DNA from: an uncultured Pelagibacteraceae bacterium
Lineage (GTDB): Bacteria > Pseudomonadota > Alphaproteobacteria > Pelagibacterales > Pelagibacteraceae
Assembly (NCBI GenBank): GCA_902570905.1
Contig: CACFZX010000001.1
Location: 786-64,785 of the forward strand
Length of the DNA stretch: 64,000 bases
Reading direction: 5' to 3'
Below are positions 20,974-32,025 of this stretch, in pieces. The notes beneath the pieces were generated by a model. That model did no database searches and was not told the DNA's origin. It saw nothing but the letters and a program-made list of their open reading frames with translations. Each line of letters opens with the position of its first letter. Position 1 is the stretch's first letter. A program made the position numbers and the translations under genes.

Positions 20974-22202
20974 ATTAATATAACTTTAAGATGTTTTTTC
21001 TTACCGATTGATAATTTTAATGATTTATTTTTATCAAATAAATTTTCTTTAATTAAAAATTTATCATCTATAATTGCTTCATTGTTTATTTTTATTCCCT
21101 TACCTTTTAGCAATCTTCTAATTTCACTTTTAGAATTTTCAAGTTTTGACAAAACTATTAAATCAATAATTGAAATATTATTTCCGTTATTAGTTAATTT
21201 GATTTTTATTGAAGGGAGATTTTCACCTAAAGAATTTTCTTCAAAGGTTTTTTTTGCAGTTTTTTCAGCAAGTAAAGCTTTATCATTTCCATGAAGCATT
21301 GACGTTGCTTCATTGGCCAATTTAATTTTTAATTTATTAATATTTTCATTTTTAATTTTATTAATTTCCTCAACATCTAAATCACTAAACATTTTTAAAA
21401 ATTTTATTACATCCCTATCATCAACATTTCTCCAAAATTGCCAATAATCATAAGAAGATAATAAGTTTTCATCTAACCAAATTGCACCACTTTCTGTTTT
21501 ACCCATTTTAGCCCCTGAAGCTAATGTAATAAGGGGTGTAGTTAAACCATAAGCATGCTTATTAGAATATCTTTTTATAAGTTCTGTACCATTTACGATA
21601 TTACCCCACTGATCAGATCCACCTATTTGCAACATACAATTCTCCTTATTATTTAATTCTAAAAAATCATAAGCTTGTAAAATCATATAATTAAATTCCA
21701 TGTAACTGAGTGATTGTTCTCTATCTAATCTACTTTTAACACTTTCAAAAGTAAGCATTTTATTTATTGTAAAATGCTTTCCAATATCTCTTAAGAAAGA
21801 AATATAATTTAATTCCTTGAGCCAAGAATAATTATTTACAAATATAGGTTTAGTTTTTGGATCTTTGTTGTCTAAAAATTTTTTTAATATTTCTTCAATA
21901 TTTTTTATATTTTTTTCTATTTCTTCCTCAGATAAAATTTTTCTAGTTTTATCTTTACCTGAAGGGTCACCAATTCTAGTTGTTCCACCTCCGATCAACA
22001 CAATAGGTCTGTGCCCATGTTTCTGCATTAATCTTAAACACATTATTTGAAGCAAACTACCCACGTGCAGACTTTCAGCTGTGCAATCAAAACCTATATA
22101 GCCTTTGATTTTTTCTTTATCTATTAAATCTGAAAGCTCTTTCTCACTTGTGCATTGGTAAAAATACCCTCTATCTTTAAATTCTTTTAAAAATTTATTC
22201 AT
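20970..22202 (-). CDS. tyrS: Tyrosine-tRNA ligase
   Basis: YIGFDCTAESLHVG (HIGH), QIGGSDQWGNI, KMGKT, C-terminal S4; start MNKFL at 22202. Confidence 0.97.
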   Translation of the reverse strand: MNKFLKEFKDRGYFYQCTSEKELSDLIDKEKIKGYIGFDCTAESLHVGSLLQIMCLRLMQKHGHRPIVLIGGGTTRIGDPSGKDKTRKILSEEEIEKNIKNIEEILKKFLDNKDPKTKPIFVNNYSWLKELNYISFLRDIGKHFTINKMLTFESVKSRLDREQSLSYMEFNYMILQAYDFLELNNKENCMLQIGGSDQWGNIVNGTELIKRYSNKHAYGLTTPLITLASGAKMGKTESGAIWLDENLLSSYDYWQFWRNVDDRDVIKFLKMFSDLDVEEINKIKNENINKLKIKLANEATSMLHGNDKALLAEKTAKKTFEENSLGENLPSIKIKLTNNGNNISIIDLIVLSKLENSKSEIRRLLKGKGIKINNEAIIDDKFLIKENLFDKNKSLKLSIGKKKHLKVILI

Positions 22203-22249
22203 AGGTCTATAATTCCACAATATACAATATTTATTAAAAAAAAATAAGA

Positions 22250-23350
22250 ATGGGAAAGATATATACAGCATTGGGCTTAATGAGCGGTACATCAATGGAT
22301 GGCTTGGATGCTTCTATTATCCGATCAGATGGAAACACAGAATATTCAATAATTTTAGACAGGTATTTTGAATATGGACCTAATATACGTCACAATCTAA
22401 TCAATTTAAGATCAAAAATTGCAGAGGAAAATGATTTAAAGAATCACCATGAAGAAATCAAACTTATAGAGAGGGAGCTTACAATCTTTCATGCAGAGGC
22501 AGTTAACAATATTTTAAATGAATTAAAAATTGAAGTAGATTTCTTAGGTTTTCATGGGCAAACAATATATCACGATAGTAAGAAAAAACTTTCAAAACAA
22601 ATTGGTGATGGAAGATTATTATCTCAAATGACAAAAAAATTAGTTATTTATGACTTTAGACAAAACGATATTAAAAACGGAGGCGAAGGAGCACCTTTGG
22701 CCTCTATTTACCATAAGTTAATTGTTGAAATTCTTAACAAACAAAAAAAAATTAAATTACCTATTACGATACTTAACATTGGAGGAATTGCAAACATTAC
22801 TACAGTCGACAAAAAATATAATATTATGAGTAAAGATATAGGTCCAGGTAACTGTATGATTGATAAATGGATAACTTCTAATTCTAAGGAAAAATTTGAC
22901 GAAAGTGGAAAAATTGGTGAATCAGGAAAAATTGATAAATTTATTTTAGAACAATTCCTAGAAAATTTTTTTACTAAAAAAAATATTGATAAAAAATCAT
23001 TAGATATAAATGATTTTGATATATCTTTTGCCAGAGGTCTTCCTTTAGAAAATGGTACAGCAACAATTACAGAAATTACTGCAGAGATATTATCTAAAAA
23101 AATTTTACAAGATAACATTTATGTTTGTGGAGGTGGTAGAAAAAATAAATATTTAATCAAAAGGCTAGAAGATAAAATTTCCATGAAAATTAAAAATATA
23201 GATTCCCTTGGAATTAATGGCAATTATATTGAATCTCAAGCTTTTGCCTATCTTGCCATAAGATCCTTTTTAAAATTACCTATTTCTTTTCCAGATACTA
23301 CTGGATGCAAAAAACCCTGTAGCGGTGGTGTAATAGTAAAAAATTATTAA
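22250..23350 (+). CDS. anmK: Anhydro-N-acetylmuramic acid kinase
   Basis: GLMSGTSMDG.D, GFHGQT, GGEGAPL, NIGGIAN, D.GPGN, CGGGR.N. Confidence 0.95.
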   Translation: MGKIYTALGLMSGTSMDGLDASIIRSDGNTEYSIILDRYFEYGPNIRHNLINLRSKIAEENDLKNHHEEIKLIERELTIFHAEAVNNILNELKIEVDFLGFHGQTIYHDSKKKLSKQIGDGRLLSQMTKKLVIYDFRQNDIKNGGEGAPLASIYHKLIVEILNKQKKIKLPITILNIGGIANITTVDKKYNIMSKDIGPGNCMIDKWITSNSKEKFDESGKIGESGKIDKFILEQFLENFFTKKNIDKKSLDINDFDISFARGLPLENGTATITEITAEILSKKILQDNIYVCGGGRKNKYLIKRLEDKISMKIKNIDSLGINGNYIESQAFAYLAIRSFLKLPISFPDTTGCKKPCSGGVIVKNY

Positions 23351-24003
23351 TATAAAGCAGATTCTTTTTTAATATATTTATTTAAAACTTTTTTTAACTC
23401 TTTTTCAGAATTTGAAAAAAAATGATTAGCATCTGAAACAGAGCAAAACTCCACATTTATACCTTTTTGCGCACTTAATCTTTTATTAATTTCATTTATA
23501 TTTTCTACAGGCACTAATTCATCTTTATTTCCATAAATCATAATTCCTGAAGAAGGACATGGAGATAAAAAAGAAAAATCATAAACATTTGGTTGAGGTG
23601 AAATTACGACAAATCTATTAATTTCAGGTCTCCTCATTAATAGCTGCATTGCAATTAAAGATCCAAATGAAAAACCAGCTATCCAACATTGTGAATTATC
23701 AAAATTTTCCCTTTCAAGCCAATCTAATGCTGCTGCAGCGTCTGCTAATTCTCCTTGACCATTATCAAACTCACCATCACTTTTTCCAACTCCTCTAAAA
23801 TTTACTCTACAAACAGAAAAATCATTTTCTTTAAAAATTTGAAATGTATCTACAACAACTTTATTATTCATAGTTCCACCATATTGGGGATGAGGATGAA
23901 GAACTAGCGCAACTGGAGATGTATTTTTTTTACTTTTATAATATTTTGCTTCCAGTCTACCAGCGGGACCAGGAATAAAGATTTCTAAAATTTTACTATC
24001 CAT
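23347..24003 (-). CDS. Alpha/beta hydrolase (conserved neighbour of the isc/suf locus)
   Basis: GPAGRLE, HPHPQYGGTM.N, NFRGVG.S.G, GFSFG nucleophile elbow, ANHFF. Confidence 0.9.
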   Translation of the reverse strand: MDSKILEIFIPGPAGRLEAKYYKSKKNTSPVALVLHPHPQYGGTMNNKVVVDTFQIFKENDFSVCRVNFRGVGKSDGEFDNGQGELADAAAALDWLERENFDNSQCWIAGFSFGSLIAMQLLMRRPEINRFVVISPQPNVYDFSFLSPCPSSGIMIYGNKDELVPVENINEINKRLSAQKGINVEFCSVSDANHFFSNSEKELKKVLNKYIKKESALY

Positions 24004-24089
24004 ATACGATATTGATTATTGTTCTCAAAAATAATTTATATTTTTCTATCAAAATTGAGCGACAAAATGCAAGTTTTAAAATAGACCCT

Positions 24090-24114
24090 AAACTTGACTA
24101 TTTTAGTAAGGTAT
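24090..24114 (+). promoter_or_regulatory. IscR type-1 operator overlapping a TTGACT -35 element
   Basis: AAACTTGACTATTTTAGTAAGGTAT matches 23 of 25 positions of ATASYYGACTRWWWYAGTCRRSTAT; lies 30 nt upstream of the iscR start. Confidence 0.8.
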
Positions 24115-24144
24115 ATATATAAAGCCAATAAATATGAGGAATAT

Positions 24145-24549
24145 ATGAAATTATCAAGCAAAGGAAGATACGCGGTGATGGCTTTAGCTGACATAGCTAA
24201 GTTTGAACCTAATAATCCAATATCTCTAAGAGATGTATCACTCAGACAAGGAATATCACTAGTCTATTTAGAACAATTATTTTTAAAGCTAAAAAAAAAT
24301 AATATTGTTGTAAGTGTAAGAGGAAAAAATGGTGGTTATATATTAAATAAAAAAGCTGCTGATATTAAAATTTCAGAAGTGTTTTTAGCAGTTGAAGAAA
24401 AGATAAAAACCATAGGCTGTGAAAAAAATTCAAAAAAAGGATGTAATGGCAAAAGTTCTAAATGTATTACTCATAATTTATGGGATGAACTTGAAAATTA
24501 TATAAATGATTTTTTTGAAAAAAAAACATTAAACGATTTAATAAATTAA
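24145..24549 (+). CDS. iscR: Rrf2 family Fe-S cluster assembly regulator IscR
   Basis: [25 protein letters not shown], three Cys plus THNLW; GAGGA RBS before ATG 24145. Confidence 0.9.
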   Translation: MKLSSKGRYAVMALADIAKFEPNNPISLRDVSLRQGISLVYLEQLFLKLKKNNIVVSVRGKNGGYILNKKAADIKISEVFLAVEEKIKTIGCEKNSKKGCNGKSSKCITHNLWDELENYINDFFEKKTLNDLIN

Positions 24550-24553
24550 TGCA

Positions 24554-25990
24554 ATGAGAGAAAAAGAATTAAATATTTTAAAAGATTATAAATATGGTTT
24601 TACAACTGATATAGAAAGTGTCAAAGCACCTAAAGGTCTTAATGAAGAAGTAATAAGATTTATTTCAAACATTAAAAAAGAACCACAATGGCTTCTCGAA
24701 TGGAGACTTAAAGCCTTTGAAAGATTAAAGGTTCTGAAAGAACCAGATTGGCAAAAACCAAAATATCCAAAGATTGACTACCAAGATTTGTATTATTATT
24801 CAGCACCTAAAAGTTTTAAGGAAAAACCAAACAGTTTAGATGATTTAGATCCTAAACTATTAGATACATACAAAAAACTTGGTATACCACTACAAGAACA
24901 AAAAAGACTAAATGGTATTGCTGTTGATGCAGTTTTCGACTCAGTTTCAGTTGCAACAACTTTTAAAGAAAAACTTACTGAAAAAGGTATAATATTTTGT
25001 TCTATTTCTGAAGCAGTACAAAAATATCCAGAATTAGTTAAAAAATATCTTGGAACAGTAATACCAATAACAGATCATTATTTTGCAACTTTAAACTCAG
25101 CAGTATTTACTGATGGCTCATTCGTTTATATTCCACCCAACATTAGATGTCCTATGGAACTATCAACATATTTTAGAATTAATGCCTCCGACACGGGGCA
25201 GTTTGAAAGAACTTTAATAATTGCAGATAAAGGAAGTTATGTAAGTTATCTAGAAGGCTGTACAGCTCCAATGAGGGACGAGAACCAACTTCACGCTGCA
25301 AATGTAGAATTAATTGCACTTGACGACGCTGAAATTAAATATTCTACAGTACAAAATTGGTATCCTGGAGACAAAGATGGGAAGGGAGGAATTTATAATT
25401 TTGTAACAAAGAGAGGCTTATGCAAAGGAAAAAATTCAAAAATTTCATGGACACAAGTTGAAACAGGATCCGCAATCACATGGAAATACCCAAGTTGTAT
25501 TTTGCAAGGCGATAATTCAATCGGGGAATTTTATTCAATAGCTATAACTAACAATCATCAAAAAGCTGACACTGGAACAAAAATGATTCATTTAGGAAAA
25601 AATACTAAAAGTAAAATTATATCAAAAGGAATAAGTGCTGGACTTTCAGATATGACTTATAGAGGGTTAGTAGATATTTCATCAAGAGCAAGTAATTCAA
25701 GAAATTATACTCAGTGTGACTCTTTATTAATGGGTAACAAATGTGGAGCACATACAATTCCATATATTAAAAACAAAAATCTTGAATCAAATATTGAACA
25801 TGAGGCAACTACATCAAAAATTAGTGAGGATCAGCTTTATTACTGTCAGCAACGAGGATTAAACCAAGAGGAGGCTGTAGGGTTAATTGTTAATGGCTTT
25901 TGCAAAGAAGTTTTACAACAACTACCGATGGAGTTTGCAGTTGAGGCACAAAAATTAGTTGGAATTAGCTTAGAAGGAAGTGTTGGTTAA
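24554..25990 (+). CDS. sufB: Fe-S cluster assembly scaffold SufB
   Basis: YKYGF, FDSVSV, YFRIN, GQFERT, EGCTAP, YSTVQNW, EHEATTS. Confidence 0.97.
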   Translation: MREKELNILKDYKYGFTTDIESVKAPKGLNEEVIRFISNIKKEPQWLLEWRLKAFERLKVLKEPDWQKPKYPKIDYQDLYYYSAPKSFKEKPNSLDDLDPKLLDTYKKLGIPLQEQKRLNGIAVDAVFDSVSVATTFKEKLTEKGIIFCSISEAVQKYPELVKKYLGTVIPITDHYFATLNSAVFTDGSFVYIPPNIRCPMELSTYFRINASDTGQFERTLIIADKGSYVSYLEGCTAPMRDENQLHAANVELIALDDAEIKYSTVQNWYPGDKDGKGGIYNFVTKRGLCKGKNSKISWTQVETGSAITWKYPSCILQGDNSIGEFYSIAITNNHQKADTGTKMIHLGKNTKSKIISKGISAGLSDMTYRGLVDISSRASNSRNYTQCDSLLMGNKCGAHTIPYIKNKNLESNIEHEATTSKISEDQLYYCQQRGLNQEEAVGLIVNGFCKEVLQQLPMEFAVEAQKLVGISLEGSVG

Positions 25991-26725
25991 ATGCTAAAAA
26001 TAAATAATTTGAATGCTAAGATTGATAAAAAAGTTATTTTAAATAATTTTTCTTTAAAAATTAATCCTGGAGAGGTTCATGCAATTATGGGACCCAATGG
26101 ATCAGGAAAAAGTACTCTATCAAATATATTGTCAGGAAAAAAAGGATACGATGTAACTGGCGAAATTTTATATGAAAACAAAAATTTATTTGAATTAGAA
26201 ACAGAAGAAAGAGCTCATAAGGGAATATTCTTAGCTTTTCAATATCCATTAGAAATTCCTGGTGTAAATACAAATATTTTTTTGAAAACATCTCTAAATG
26301 CAATAAGAAGAGCTAATGGGGAAAAGGAGCTTGATGCAATCGAATTTCTCAATTTAGTAAAAGAAAAAGCTAAAAATTTAAAATTTGAAGAAGAAAAACT
26401 TAATAGACAGCTTAATGTTGGTTTTTCTGGTGGAGAAAAGAAAAAAAATGAAATTCTTCAAATGTCAATATTAAATCCAAAATTATCGATTTTAGATGAA
26501 ACAGACTCAGGATTAGATATAGATGCTTTGAGAATAGTAGCTGATGGAGTTAATTCTTTAAGAAAAAAAAATAATTCCTTTTTAATCATCACACATTACC
26601 AGAGATTATTAGATTATATAAAACCAGATTTTGTACATGTTTTAATTAATGGTAAAATTATTAAATCAGGTGGCCCAGAGTTAGCTTTAGAATTAGAAAA
26701 AAAAGGATATGAGAACTTTAATTAA
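25991..26725 (+). CDS. sufC: Fe-S cluster assembly ATPase SufC
   Basis: GPNGSGKS, FQYP.EIPGV, GFSGGEKK, DETDSGLD. Confidence 0.97.
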   Translation: MLKINNLNAKIDKKVILNNFSLKINPGEVHAIMGPNGSGKSTLSNILSGKKGYDVTGEILYENKNLFELETEERAHKGIFLAFQYPLEIPGVNTNIFLKTSLNAIRRANGEKELDAIEFLNLVKEKAKNLKFEEEKLNRQLNVGFSGGEKKKNEILQMSILNPKLSILDETDSGLDIDALRIVADGVNSLRKKNNSFLIITHYQRLLDYIKPDFVHVLINGKIIKSGGPELALELEKKGYENFN

Positions 26726-27973
26726 ATGAGAGAACAATTAGTAACAGATTTTGATAAAATAATTTCGGACTCAAATTTTTCTAAAAAAGATATTGAGCTC
26801 AAAAGAATATCATTAGATAAATTTATTGAAGATGGTTTTCCAACAAAAAAAAAAGAAGATTGGAAATTTTTAGATATTAATAGAGCTATTGAAAAAAATA
26901 TTGGACAATTAGATTTTTATAATGATTACTCTTTTCAAAATAAAATTGATACCTCATATTTTGTTAAAGGTTTAGAACACAATAAAATCGTATTCATAAA
27001 CGGAAGAATTGAAAAAATTGATTTTAAAAGTGAGGATAGTAATAAGATTGAAATTATTGAAGAGTCCAGCTTATCCAATAAATTTAATAATATTAATTCT
27101 TTAATTAATTTAAATAATGCATTCGCAAATAAAAATTATAAAATAAGTGTGAAAGAGAATTATTCCCTTAAAAAGCCCTTAATTGTTTACCATTTAACTT
27201 CAAACAAGATATATAAAAAAAATATAAACCTAAGATTAGATTTTAAGCTAGAGAGCAACAGTTCTTTAAGATTAATTGATTATTTTGAAGATGATTCTAA
27301 AGATAACTTTATTAATATTTTTTATAATTTCGACTTAGAAAAAGACTCCAGCCTCAAAAATTATAAAATTGACCATAAAGATAATAAAAACGTTAAGTAT
27401 TCTTTTAATAATATTGATCAAAAAGAAAATAGTATTTCTGAAACATTTATATTGTCTTCTGGATCAAGTTTTTTTAAGAATGAAATTAATTGTGATTTAA
27501 ATGGAAAGTATTCATCTGCTTTTGTTAATGGAATATTTAAGTTAGAGGATTTTAAAAACCACGAGATTAAAACTAATATTAATCATTTGACAGAAAATAC
27601 AAAAAGTTACCAACTTATTAAAAGTGTTTTGGGAGAAGGATCTAAAGCTGCATATCAAGGCAAAATATCAGTAAATTCAATAGCTCAAAAAACAGATGGT
27701 TACCAATTAAGCAAGTGTATATTACTCGATAAAACATCCGAATTTAATGCAAAACCTGAATTAGAAATTTATGCAGATGATGTAAAATGTTCACATGGAT
27801 CTGCTTCAGGAAGTTTAAATGAAGATTCTATATTTTACTTAATGTCTCGAGGAATAAATTATGAACAAGCTAAAGAACTTTTAATTAATGGATTTTTACT
27901 AGATGTTATTGAAAAAATAAGTGATCCAGAAACAAAAAATTTAATAAAAAATACTTTAGGACTTAAAGAATGA
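26726..27973 (+). CDS. sufD: Fe-S cluster assembly protein SufD
   Basis: FPT.K.EDWK, AQKTDG, KPELEIYADDVKCSHG. Confidence 0.93.
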   Translation: MREQLVTDFDKIISDSNFSKKDIELKRISLDKFIEDGFPTKKKEDWKFLDINRAIEKNIGQLDFYNDYSFQNKIDTSYFVKGLEHNKIVFINGRIEKIDFKSEDSNKIEIIEESSLSNKFNNINSLINLNNAFANKNYKISVKENYSLKKPLIVYHLTSNKIYKKNINLRLDFKLESNSSLRLIDYFEDDSKDNFINIFYNFDLEKDSSLKNYKIDHKDNKNVKYSFNNIDQKENSISETFILSSGSSFFKNEINCDLNGKYSSAFVNGIFKLEDFKNHEIKTNINHLTENTKSYQLIKSVLGEGSKAAYQGKISVNSIAQKTDGYQLSKCILLDKTSEFNAKPELEIYADDVKCSHGSASGSLNEDSIFYLMSRGINYEQAKELLINGFLLDVIEKISDPETKNLIKNTLGLKE

Positions 27974-29187
27974 ATATTGATAATATTAAAAAAGAATTTC
28001 CTATATTTGATAATAAAGTTCAAAATAATGATCTTGTTTATTTAGATAGCGCTAACTCATCACAGAAACCTCAAAAAGTTATTAATAGAATTTATGATTT
28101 TTATACTAAAGAATTTTCAAATGTTGGAAGAAGTGTACATTATCTCGCGGTTGCAGCTACGAATTTTTATGAAAACACAAGAATTTCAGTTCAAAAATAT
28201 ATTAATGCAGAGTCTGCTGATGAGATAGTTTTTACCAAAGGTGCAACAGAAGCAATAAATTTAGTAGCTAATACATTTGGTCAAAAGTTTTTAAAAGAAG
28301 GTGATGAAGTTTTGTTGACAGAATTAGAACACCATTCAAATTATGTCCCTTGGCATTTTTTAAGAAAAGTAAAAAACATTAAAATTAATTTTGCAGAAAT
28401 TAATGATGAGGGACAAATTACTATTGAAAGTATTGAAAAAAAAATTACAAAAAAAACTAAAATTATTGCATTAACCCACTTATCAAATGTTACAGGGGAA
28501 ATTTTGCCAATTAAAGAAATTACTTCACTAGCGCATTCAAAAGGTATCCCTGTTCTTATTGATGGCTGTCAAGGAGCCCCTCATTTAAAACTTGATATGC
28601 AAGACATTGATTGTGATTTCTATGCCATCTCTTGCCATAAGATGTATGGCCCTACTGGATTAGGGGTTTTATATGCAAAAAGAAAGTGGTTAGAGGAACT
28701 TCCTCCATACCAAGGAGGAGGTGGAATGATAAATGAAGTAAATAAAGAAGGTATTACTTATGGTGAATTACCTAATAAATATGAAGCTGGGACTATGGCA
28801 ACAGCACAGGTAATAGCTTTTAATGAGTCTATTAAATTTATGGAAAAAATTGGAATAAAAAATATTGAAAAACACGAAAATGAAATAATTAAATATGGTG
28901 AAGAAATTTTAAGAAAAAACAATTCTGTTAAATTAATTGGTAATCCAAAAAACAGAGGAGGTGTTCTTTCATTTAATATTGATGGAATTCACCCACATGA
29001 CATTGCAACTATTCTTGATGAAGATGGGGTTGCTATAAGGGCTGGACATCATTGCTGCCAAATCTTACATAAGAAACTTAATTTAACAGCTTCCGCAAGA
29101 GCTTCAGTTGGAATATACAACACTAAAGAAGATTTTGATAAATTAAATGAGTCAATTAATAAATGTAAAAAGGTTTTTGATATATAA
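27970..29187 (+). CDS. sufS: Cysteine desulfurase SufS
   Basis: YLDSA.SSQKP, EHHSN.VPW, S.HKMYGPTG, RAGHHC. Confidence 0.96.
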   Translation: MNIDNIKKEFPIFDNKVQNNDLVYLDSANSSQKPQKVINRIYDFYTKEFSNVGRSVHYLAVAATNFYENTRISVQKYINAESADEIVFTKGATEAINLVANTFGQKFLKEGDEVLLTELEHHSNYVPWHFLRKVKNIKINFAEINDEGQITIESIEKKITKKTKIIALTHLSNVTGEILPIKEITSLAHSKGIPVLIDGCQGAPHLKLDMQDIDCDFYAISCHKMYGPTGLGVLYAKRKWLEELPPYQGGGGMINEVNKEGITYGELPNKYEAGTMATAQVIAFNESIKFMEKIGIKNIEKHENEIIKYGEEILRKNNSVKLIGNPKNRGGVLSFNIDGIHPHDIATILDEDGVAIRAGHHCCQILHKKLNLTASARASVGIYNTKEDFDKLNESINKCKKVFDI

Positions 29188-29654
29188 TGAATTTAAAAGA
29201 ACTTTATCAGGAAATAATTTTGGATCATGGAAAAAATCCAAGAAATTTAAGAAAATCTGAAAACTTTAATAAAGATGCTAAGGGACATAATCCTCTTTGT
29301 GGAGACAATGTACATATTTTTTTAAAATTAGATGAAAATAAAAAAATTGAAGATATATCTTTTGAAGGAAGTGGTTGTGCTATATCAATGGCCTCAGCAT
29401 CAATAATGACAGAATTACTAAGTGGAAAAAACGAAAAGCAAACGAAAGAAATTGTTAGTGACTTCTTAGAAATGATTAAAAAAAAAGATATTTTAGAAAG
29501 CAAAAATTTAAATGAAAGTGAAAAAACAAAGTTAATGTGTTTGTCTGGAGTTAAAAAATATCCAATGAGAGTTAAATGTGCTACTTTAGCTTGGCACACT
29601 TTGACTTCAGCTGTAAATAATGATCAAGTGGATTTAAACATAGAAAAGTTATGA
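29187..29654 (+). CDS. sufU: SufU (NifU-N) sulfur transfer protein
   Basis: LYQEIILDH..NPRN, NPLCGD, GCAIS.ASAS, RVKCATL.W. Confidence 0.93.
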   Translation: MNLKELYQEIILDHGKNPRNLRKSENFNKDAKGHNPLCGDNVHIFLKLDENKKIEDISFEGSGCAISMASASIMTELLSGKNEKQTKEIVSDFLEMIKKKDILESKNLNESEKTKLMCLSGVKKYPMRVKCATLAWHTLTSAVNNDQVDLNIEKL

Positions 29655-29950
29655 TTTTAAAAGATAAAGTTATTAAAGAAATTAAAAAAATTTATGATCC
29701 AGAAATTCCAGTAAATATTTATGAGCTAGGATTAATTTATGATATAAATATTGATAATGAGAACAATGTAAAAATAAATATGACCTTAACCTCTCCTAAT
29801 TGTCCAGTTGCTGAAAGTTTACCTAATGAAGTTAAAAATAGTGTTAAAGAAATAAAAGATGTAAAAAATGTCGACCTTAACTTAGTATGGGAACCACCAT
29901 GGGATAAATCTATGATGTCAGAATCTGCAAAACTGGAGTTAAATCTTTAA
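29651..29950 (+). CDS. sufT: SufT/DUF59 Fe-S assembly protein
   Basis: DPEIPVNIYELGL, MTLTSPNCP, WEPPW. Confidence 0.92.
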   Translation: MILKDKVIKEIKKIYDPEIPVNIYELGLIYDINIDNENNVKINMTLTSPNCPVAESLPNEVKNSVKEIKDVKNVDLNLVWEPPWDKSMMSESAKLELNL

Positions 29951-30282
29951 TGAAACAAATTATAAAGTTAAGTGATAACGCTGCTTTAAGAATAAAAGAG
30001 ATAATGTCTAATGCAGAAAAAAAAGCTGTAGGAGTCAGGGTAGGTGTTAAATCAGGGGGATGTGCTGGCATGTCTTATGTAATGGAATATGCAAAAGAAA
30101 TTAATCCAAATGATGAAATTATTGAAGATAAGGGTGTAAAACTTTTTGTAGATCCGGGGGCAATTATGTACTTATTGGGAACTGAAATGGATTATAAAAA
30201 AGAGGAGTTATCTTCCTCGTTTATATTTAAAAATCCGAATGAGACCGAAAGATGCGGATGCGGAGAGTCATTTAAAATCTAG
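29950..30282 (+). CDS. sufA: A-type Fe-S carrier SufA/IscA
   Basis: GGCAGMSY, CGCGESF. Confidence 0.93.
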   Translation: MKQIIKLSDNAALRIKEIMSNAEKKAVGVRVGVKSGGCAGMSYVMEYAKEINPNDEIIEDKGVKLFVDPGAIMYLLGTEMDYKKEELSSSFIFKNPNETERCGCGESFKI

Positions 30283-30341
30283 TATAAGTTTAATGCATAT
30301 CTGTATTGCATAAAATGCATATCTTTGATAAGCATTGATTC

Positions 30342-30530
30342 ATGAGAGACATAAAATACCTAAAAATAAATTCAGAAAAATTGGCAAATTCTATAAAAGA
30401 AAGAAGCCTTTTTAGAAATCAGCGTAAAGCAGTGAATGCTGGTGCGAATGGAACTTTAGAATACACAATTAAAGAAGGTGTAAATAAAGCTAAGATCGCA
30501 GACAGTATGCTAATTAAAAATAAAAAATAG
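30342..30530 (+). CDS. Small basic hypothetical protein (62 aa)
   Basis: Fills the gap between sufA and glnA without overlap; preceded by repeated motifs; no recognisable family. Confidence 0.6.
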   Translation: MRDIKYLKINSEKLANSIKERSLFRNQRKAVNAGANGTLEYTIKEGVNKAKIADSMLIKNKK

Positions 30531-30544
30531 TTTTAAATTTTTAT

Positions 30545-31951
30545 TTAACCACTGTAATACATATCAAACTCAATTGGGTGTGGTGTGTGTTCTAAATTAT
30601 AAATTTCCTCAAATTTTAGAGCAATGTAAGCATCAATTTGGTCATCAGTAAATACATTTCCTTGCTTTAAAAAATCTCTATCAGTATCTAAACTTTCCAT
30701 TGCCTCTCTTAAAGAACCACAAACAGTGGGAATATTTTTAATTTCATCTTCTGGCAATGTATAGAGGTCTTTATCAAATGATTTACCTGGATTAATTTTT
30801 TTCTTAATACCATCTAATCCTGCCATTAACATAGCTGCAAATGTTAAATATGGATTTCCTGCTGCATCAGGGAATCTAATTTCACATCTTGCACCTTTTT
30901 TACTCAGTGTAATTGGAATTCTACATGAAGCAGATCTATTTCTTGCTGAGTAGGCTAGTAATACTGGAGCTTCAAAACCTGGTATTAATCTTTTATAACT
31001 GTTTGTTGTAGCGTTTGAAAATGCATTAATTGCTTTTGCATGTTTTAAGATTCCTCCAATATAATAAAGTGCAGTTTGTGAAAGACCTGCATATTTATCT
31101 CCAGAAAATACTGGAGTTTTACCTTTCCATATTGATTGGTGAGTATGCATACCTGAGCCGTTATCACCTTTAACTGGCTTAGGCATAAATGTAGCTGTTT
31201 TGCCAAATGAATGAGAAACCATTTGGACAACATATTTATATAACTGAACATTATCAGCTTGGTTTACTAAAGTTCCAAAAAGCATTCCTAGTTCATGTTG
31301 ACTTGGGGCTACTTCATGGTGATGTTTTTCAACAGTTATTCCTACATCTCTTAATCCTTTTAAATATTCACCTCTCATATCCTGAGCACTGTCAACTGGA
31401 GGCACTGGAAAATAACCTCCTTTAATTCCTGGTCTATGACCCATGTTGCCATTTTCATATTTTTTACCTGAGTTATATGGGCCCTCAGTACTATCTATTG
31501 AAAAACCTGTTTCGTTCATATCGTTTTTAATTCTGACATCATCAAAAACAAAAAATTCTGGTTCAGGACCAAAATAAGCCCTATCGCCGATACCACTTTT
31601 TTTTAAATACTGCTCTGCTTTTTTTGCTATTCCTCTTGGATCTCTTTCATAAGGATCTTTTTTTACTGCATCTAAAATATCACAAAATAATATTAAAGTG
31701 TTATGTGAAGTATATGGATCGATTACTTTTCTACTTAAATCAGGTTTTAGTATCATATCTGACTCATTAATTGCTTTCCAACCAGCAATAGATGAACCAT
31801 CAAAAAAAACTCCGTCATTTAACATATCGTTGTCAACGATAGTTGAATCCATAGTAAGATGTTGTAATTTACCTCTTGGGTCTGTAAACCTTAGGTCAAC
31901 AAACTCTATATCTTTATCTTTCATCATTTTTAAAACATCTTTTGAACTCAT
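30545..31951 (-). CDS. glnA: Glutamine synthetase type I
   Basis: [42 protein letters not shown]; AAAGGAG RBS. Confidence 0.98.
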   Translation of the reverse strand: MSSKDVLKMMKDKDIEFVDLRFTDPRGKLQHLTMDSTIVDNDMLNDGVFFDGSSIAGWKAINESDMILKPDLSRKVIDPYTSHNTLILFCDILDAVKKDPYERDPRGIAKKAEQYLKKSGIGDRAYFGPEPEFFVFDDVRIKNDMNETGFSIDSTEGPYNSGKKYENGNMGHRPGIKGGYFPVPPVDSAQDMRGEYLKGLRDVGITVEKHHHEVAPSQHELGMLFGTLVNQADNVQLYKYVVQMVSHSFGKTATFMPKPVKGDNGSGMHTHQSIWKGKTPVFSGDKYAGLSQTALYYIGGILKHAKAINAFSNATTNSYKRLIPGFEAPVLLAYSARNRSASCRIPITLSKKGARCEIRFPDAAGNPYLTFAAMLMAGLDGIKKKINPGKSFDKDLYTLPEDEIKNIPTVCGSLREAMESLDTDRDFLKQGNVFTDDQIDAYIALKFEEIYNLEHTPHPIEFDMYYSG

Positions 31952-31978
31952 AATAATTCTCCTTTAATTTTTCCAGAT

Positions 31979-32025
31979 TGATATCAAATATTTGAACATA
32001 TAGTATCTTGTATAATTTGATATCA
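31979..32025. repeat. 11-bp perfect inverted repeat in the glnA leader
   Basis: TGATATCAAAT (31979-31989) and ATTTGATATCA (32015-32025), 25-nt spacer. Confidence 0.7.
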
